Source of the DNA: a virus
Lineage: Duplodnaviria; Heunggongvirae; Uroviricota; Caudoviricetes
DNA: 7,731 nt
Strand: one strand, 5' to 3'
IMG/VR virus record: IMGVR_UViG_2541047498_000021
Below are positions 6,061-7,731 of the stretch, piece by piece. Both the position numbers and the translations under genes were made by a program. How positions within the stretch are numbered: position 1 is the first letter of the stretch; every line of letters starts with the position of its first letter. The notes beneath the pieces were generated by a model that was given only the letters and a program-made list of their open reading frames with translations, was not told the DNA's origin and ran no database searches.

Positions 6061-6279
6061 TCAGTTTTCCTTATACGGATTAATTTTATTGTGCAGTGCG
6101 CTGAATGATTCCCATGTCACATCGGTATATAGCTCAATAACTGGTTCAAATGTCCTTCCAATTATCCAGACCAGTAATAGCGGGGATATCGGTATCATCA
6201 ACACTATAAACAGAATGAAAAACAGAAACTCTGTTGTTCTGCTCTTTCGTGGGTAATTTTTTTCTAAATAATGTTTCAT
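6061..6279 (-). CDS. Small single-pass membrane protein (phage, function unknown)
   Basis: 72-aa ORF with one hydrophobic stretch of about 24 residues (FLFFILFIVLMIPISPLLLVWIIG). Its stop lies 1 nt from the start of the DUF551 gene. Confidence 0.5.
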   Translation of the reverse strand: MKHYLEKNYPRKSRTTEFLFFILFIVLMIPISPLLLVWIIGRTFEPVIELYTDVTWESFSALHNKINPYKEN

Positions 6280-6406
6280 TTCTTACCGCCCTTTCGGGCG
6301 GCCTCCTGATGTTCTGAGGGTGCAGGAATCCCTCCGGTTAAGGATTTAATAAAAATCGTTTCTGATTTAAATCTTCAGTATTTAGTTGTTAGTTGGTTTA
6401 TCGCCT

Positions 6407-6718
6407 TTATGCTTCAGCCTTATTTCGCAACCAGACACAAACCGGGCCATCTTCCGTATCATGAATGGAACCAATAAACCAGCCATCGCCCTCTGGTCGT
6501 TCCGGTTCCCATGCAGAAATATCAGCATCACACGCATCAAGGTCAGCACATCCTTCATCTCTGAAGCAGAGGACGTATTGAAGATTATTTTCCTCCATCC
6601 AGGCGTTAAACTCTTCCGTTGAAATATATTCCCGACCATCACAGAATTTTTCATATTCAGGATGTGTCCAGTAGCCATATCCGTCACGAACTACCGGCAT
6701 TTCTTTAATTTCACTCAC
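6407..6718 (-). CDS. Phage hypothetical protein (acidic, Cys-containing; no family recognised)
   Basis: 103-aa ORF in GC-normal DNA. Its start overlaps the stop of the upstream ORF by 8 nt, typical of phage gene packing. I chose it over the overlapping 101-aa and 78-aa alternative frames because its translation is not low-complexity. Confidence 0.55.
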   Translation of the reverse strand: MSEIKEMPVVRDGYGYWTHPEYEKFCDGREYISTEEFNAWMEENNLQYVLCFRDEGCADLDACDADISAWEPERPEGDGWFIGSIHDTEDGPVCVWLRNKAEA

Positions 6719-6938
6719 TGTTAACCTCCTGCAACGCTACACGATACGCCTTCTTTATCCACGCCTTACTGCCATATAATTTCGTCTTCATAATAAACAC
6801 ACCTGCACGACTCGCCGATATCCCCGGACAGGTTAACAGCACAGCATCCACCACACGGTTATGCTTCCGAAACTCCATTACAGTACTGCTGATAACCACC
6901 TGCCCCACCGGGCCGTAATCCTGATACAGGATTTTCAC
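6711..6938 (-). CDS. Phage hypothetical protein
   Basis: 75-aa ORF whose ends overlap both neighbours by a few nt, consistent with coupled translation in a phage operon. No family recognised. Confidence 0.45.
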   Translation of the reverse strand: MKILYQDYGPVGQVVISSTVMEFRKHNRVVDAVLLTCPGISASRAGVFIMKTKLYGSKAWIKKAYRVALQEVNSE

Positions 6939-7216
6939 GCAGACACCCTCCTGTCGAAATAAACGTAGTTATTCACTATGCGCAGCGGCATGCCTAATTT
7001 TCTGGCAATTTCCCTTCTTTGCATGCCTCTCTGATGCAGTTGCCGCGCCAGCTCAATATCACGCTGAGAATATTTTGCCGACGGGTGAAAATCACCACGT
7101 AACATCATGCTGATGCCCAGCTCCCGTGCCTTCGTTCTCACTGCCGCTTCAGTTCGTCCGATAAGTGCGCCAACGCTTTTTACCTTCATCGTTCCCGCAC
7201 ACTGCCGGAGTATCAT
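6935..7216 (-). CDS. Putative helix-turn-helix DNA-binding protein (phage regulator-like)
   Basis: The track ORF runs 6935-7339, but its first ~40 codons are an Arg-rich out-of-frame read through the upstream gene. The likely start is ATG at 7216 (MILRQ...) or 7189 (MKVKS...). The product has two HTH-like segments, SVGALIGRTEAAVRTKARELGI and QRGMQRREIARKLGMPLRIV. Confidence 0.5.
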   Translation of the reverse strand: MILRQCAGTMKVKSVGALIGRTEAAVRTKARELGISMMLRGDFHPSAKYSQRDIELARQLHQRGMQRREIARKLGMPLRIVNNYVYFDRRVSA

Positions 7217-7248
7217 GATTTCCGCCCGGCACCACGTCTTCCACCCAC

Positions 7249-7731
7249 TCACCGCTGCTGTTCTCTGGTGGCGGTAATATCCCGGAGAATATCCCGGCAC
7301 TTGTTCAGCTCCCGCAGCGCGGCGCAGACTCGCTCCCACTTCTGAACCTGACCTTTTGCCCGGCGCAGCTCGCGGTTAGCCACATGCAGCGATGGTAAAA
7401 TCAGACCATCCGGATGCTTTCTGGTGAACGACGGCTGTGACTGCACTGTGACCGCCACACTTTCCGTTTTTATTTCTTCCTGTGTTTCCGCTTCCCCGAC
7501 TGGTAACGCAACACCTGCTGGCTGAGGAAAGGCTTTACCATCCGTTTCCGTTATGGATGCGGCTTTCGGCTCTGCCGGTAAATCAGCGCCCGGTATGCAG
7601 TACCGAAATTTACCGCCCTGATTCACGCGAATCAGACGCCCTTTGCTGATTGCCATGGCCAGTGATGAATTCGCCCGGCGGGAGGTAATCCCGAACATCA
7701 GTGCCAGCTCATCCGCCGTTTGTGGGCCATG
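7249..7731 (-). CDS. Phage protein, 5' end beyond the right edge of the window; N-terminal HTH-like segment and coiled-coil-like C-terminus
   Basis: The track gives 7249-7698, but the frame stays open upstream of the ATG at 7698 to the window edge (…[36 protein letters not shown]…), so the true start is probably outside the window. The C-terminus (…[41 protein letters not shown]) looks like a genuine coding frame. Confidence 0.55.
   Translation of the reverse strand, partial: HGPQTADELALMFGITSRRANSSLAMAISKGRLIRVNQGGKFRYCIPGADLPAEPKAASITETDGKAFPQPAGVALPVGEAETQEEIKTESVAVTVQSQPSFTRKHPDGLILPSLHVANRELRRAKGQVQKWERVCAALRELNKCRDILRDITATREQQR

Noticed and set aside
5815-6108. 97-aa plus-strand ORF
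   Set aside because: Antisense to the DUF551 gene and the small membrane-protein gene; Ser/Ala-rich shadow frame.
6286-6301. CCGCCC-TTTC-GGGCGG hairpin as a terminator
   Set aside because: No U-tract on either strand, and it sits between a Shine-Dalgarno-like sequence and a start codon; treated as a possible translational element instead.
6382-6687. 101-aa minus-strand ORF and 78-aa plus-strand ORF (6386-6622)
   Set aside because: Alternative frames over the 103-aa ORF 6407-6718. I preferred the frame whose start is coupled to the upstream gene and whose product is not low-complexity; the choice is not certain without homology data.
7217-7339. N-terminal 40 codons of the 134-aa track ORF ([27 protein letters not shown]...)
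   Set aside because: This stretch is an out-of-frame read through the 3' end of the upstream gene (7249-7698) and is Arg/Gly-rich. An internal start at 7216 or 7189 gives a compact HTH protein, so no frameshift or pseudogene is needed.
1-7731. CRISPR arrays, tRNA or rRNA genes
   Set aside because: No regularly spaced direct repeats and no cloverleaf-like or rRNA-like conserved segments were seen anywhere in the window.

Overview
The window reads as a piece of a lambdoid enterobacterial-type prophage on the minus strand, interrupted by a visibly AT-rich cassette of about 4 kb (roughly 1241-5300). Going from 7731 down to 5502 there are tightly packed small early or nin-region-like genes, including a DUF551 protein; below the cassette lie a DUF1367-like gene, a YbcO-like (DUF1364) gene and the 5' end of a Q-antiterminator-like gene. 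The cassette is the interesting part: a translationally coupled two-gene operon on the plus strand (a MORC-like GHKL ATPase and a 330-aa protein I cannot place in any family) that is convergent with, and overlaps at its 3' end, a DNA cytosine-5 methyltransferase on the minus strand. I interpret it as a candidate ATP-dependent restriction-modification-like defence module carried as a prophage moron; this is a hypothesis, not a demonstrated function. I saw no rRNA, tRNA, CRISPR array, integrase or transposase. All family assignments come from motif reading and recollection, with no database search; boundaries of regulatory elements are approximate.
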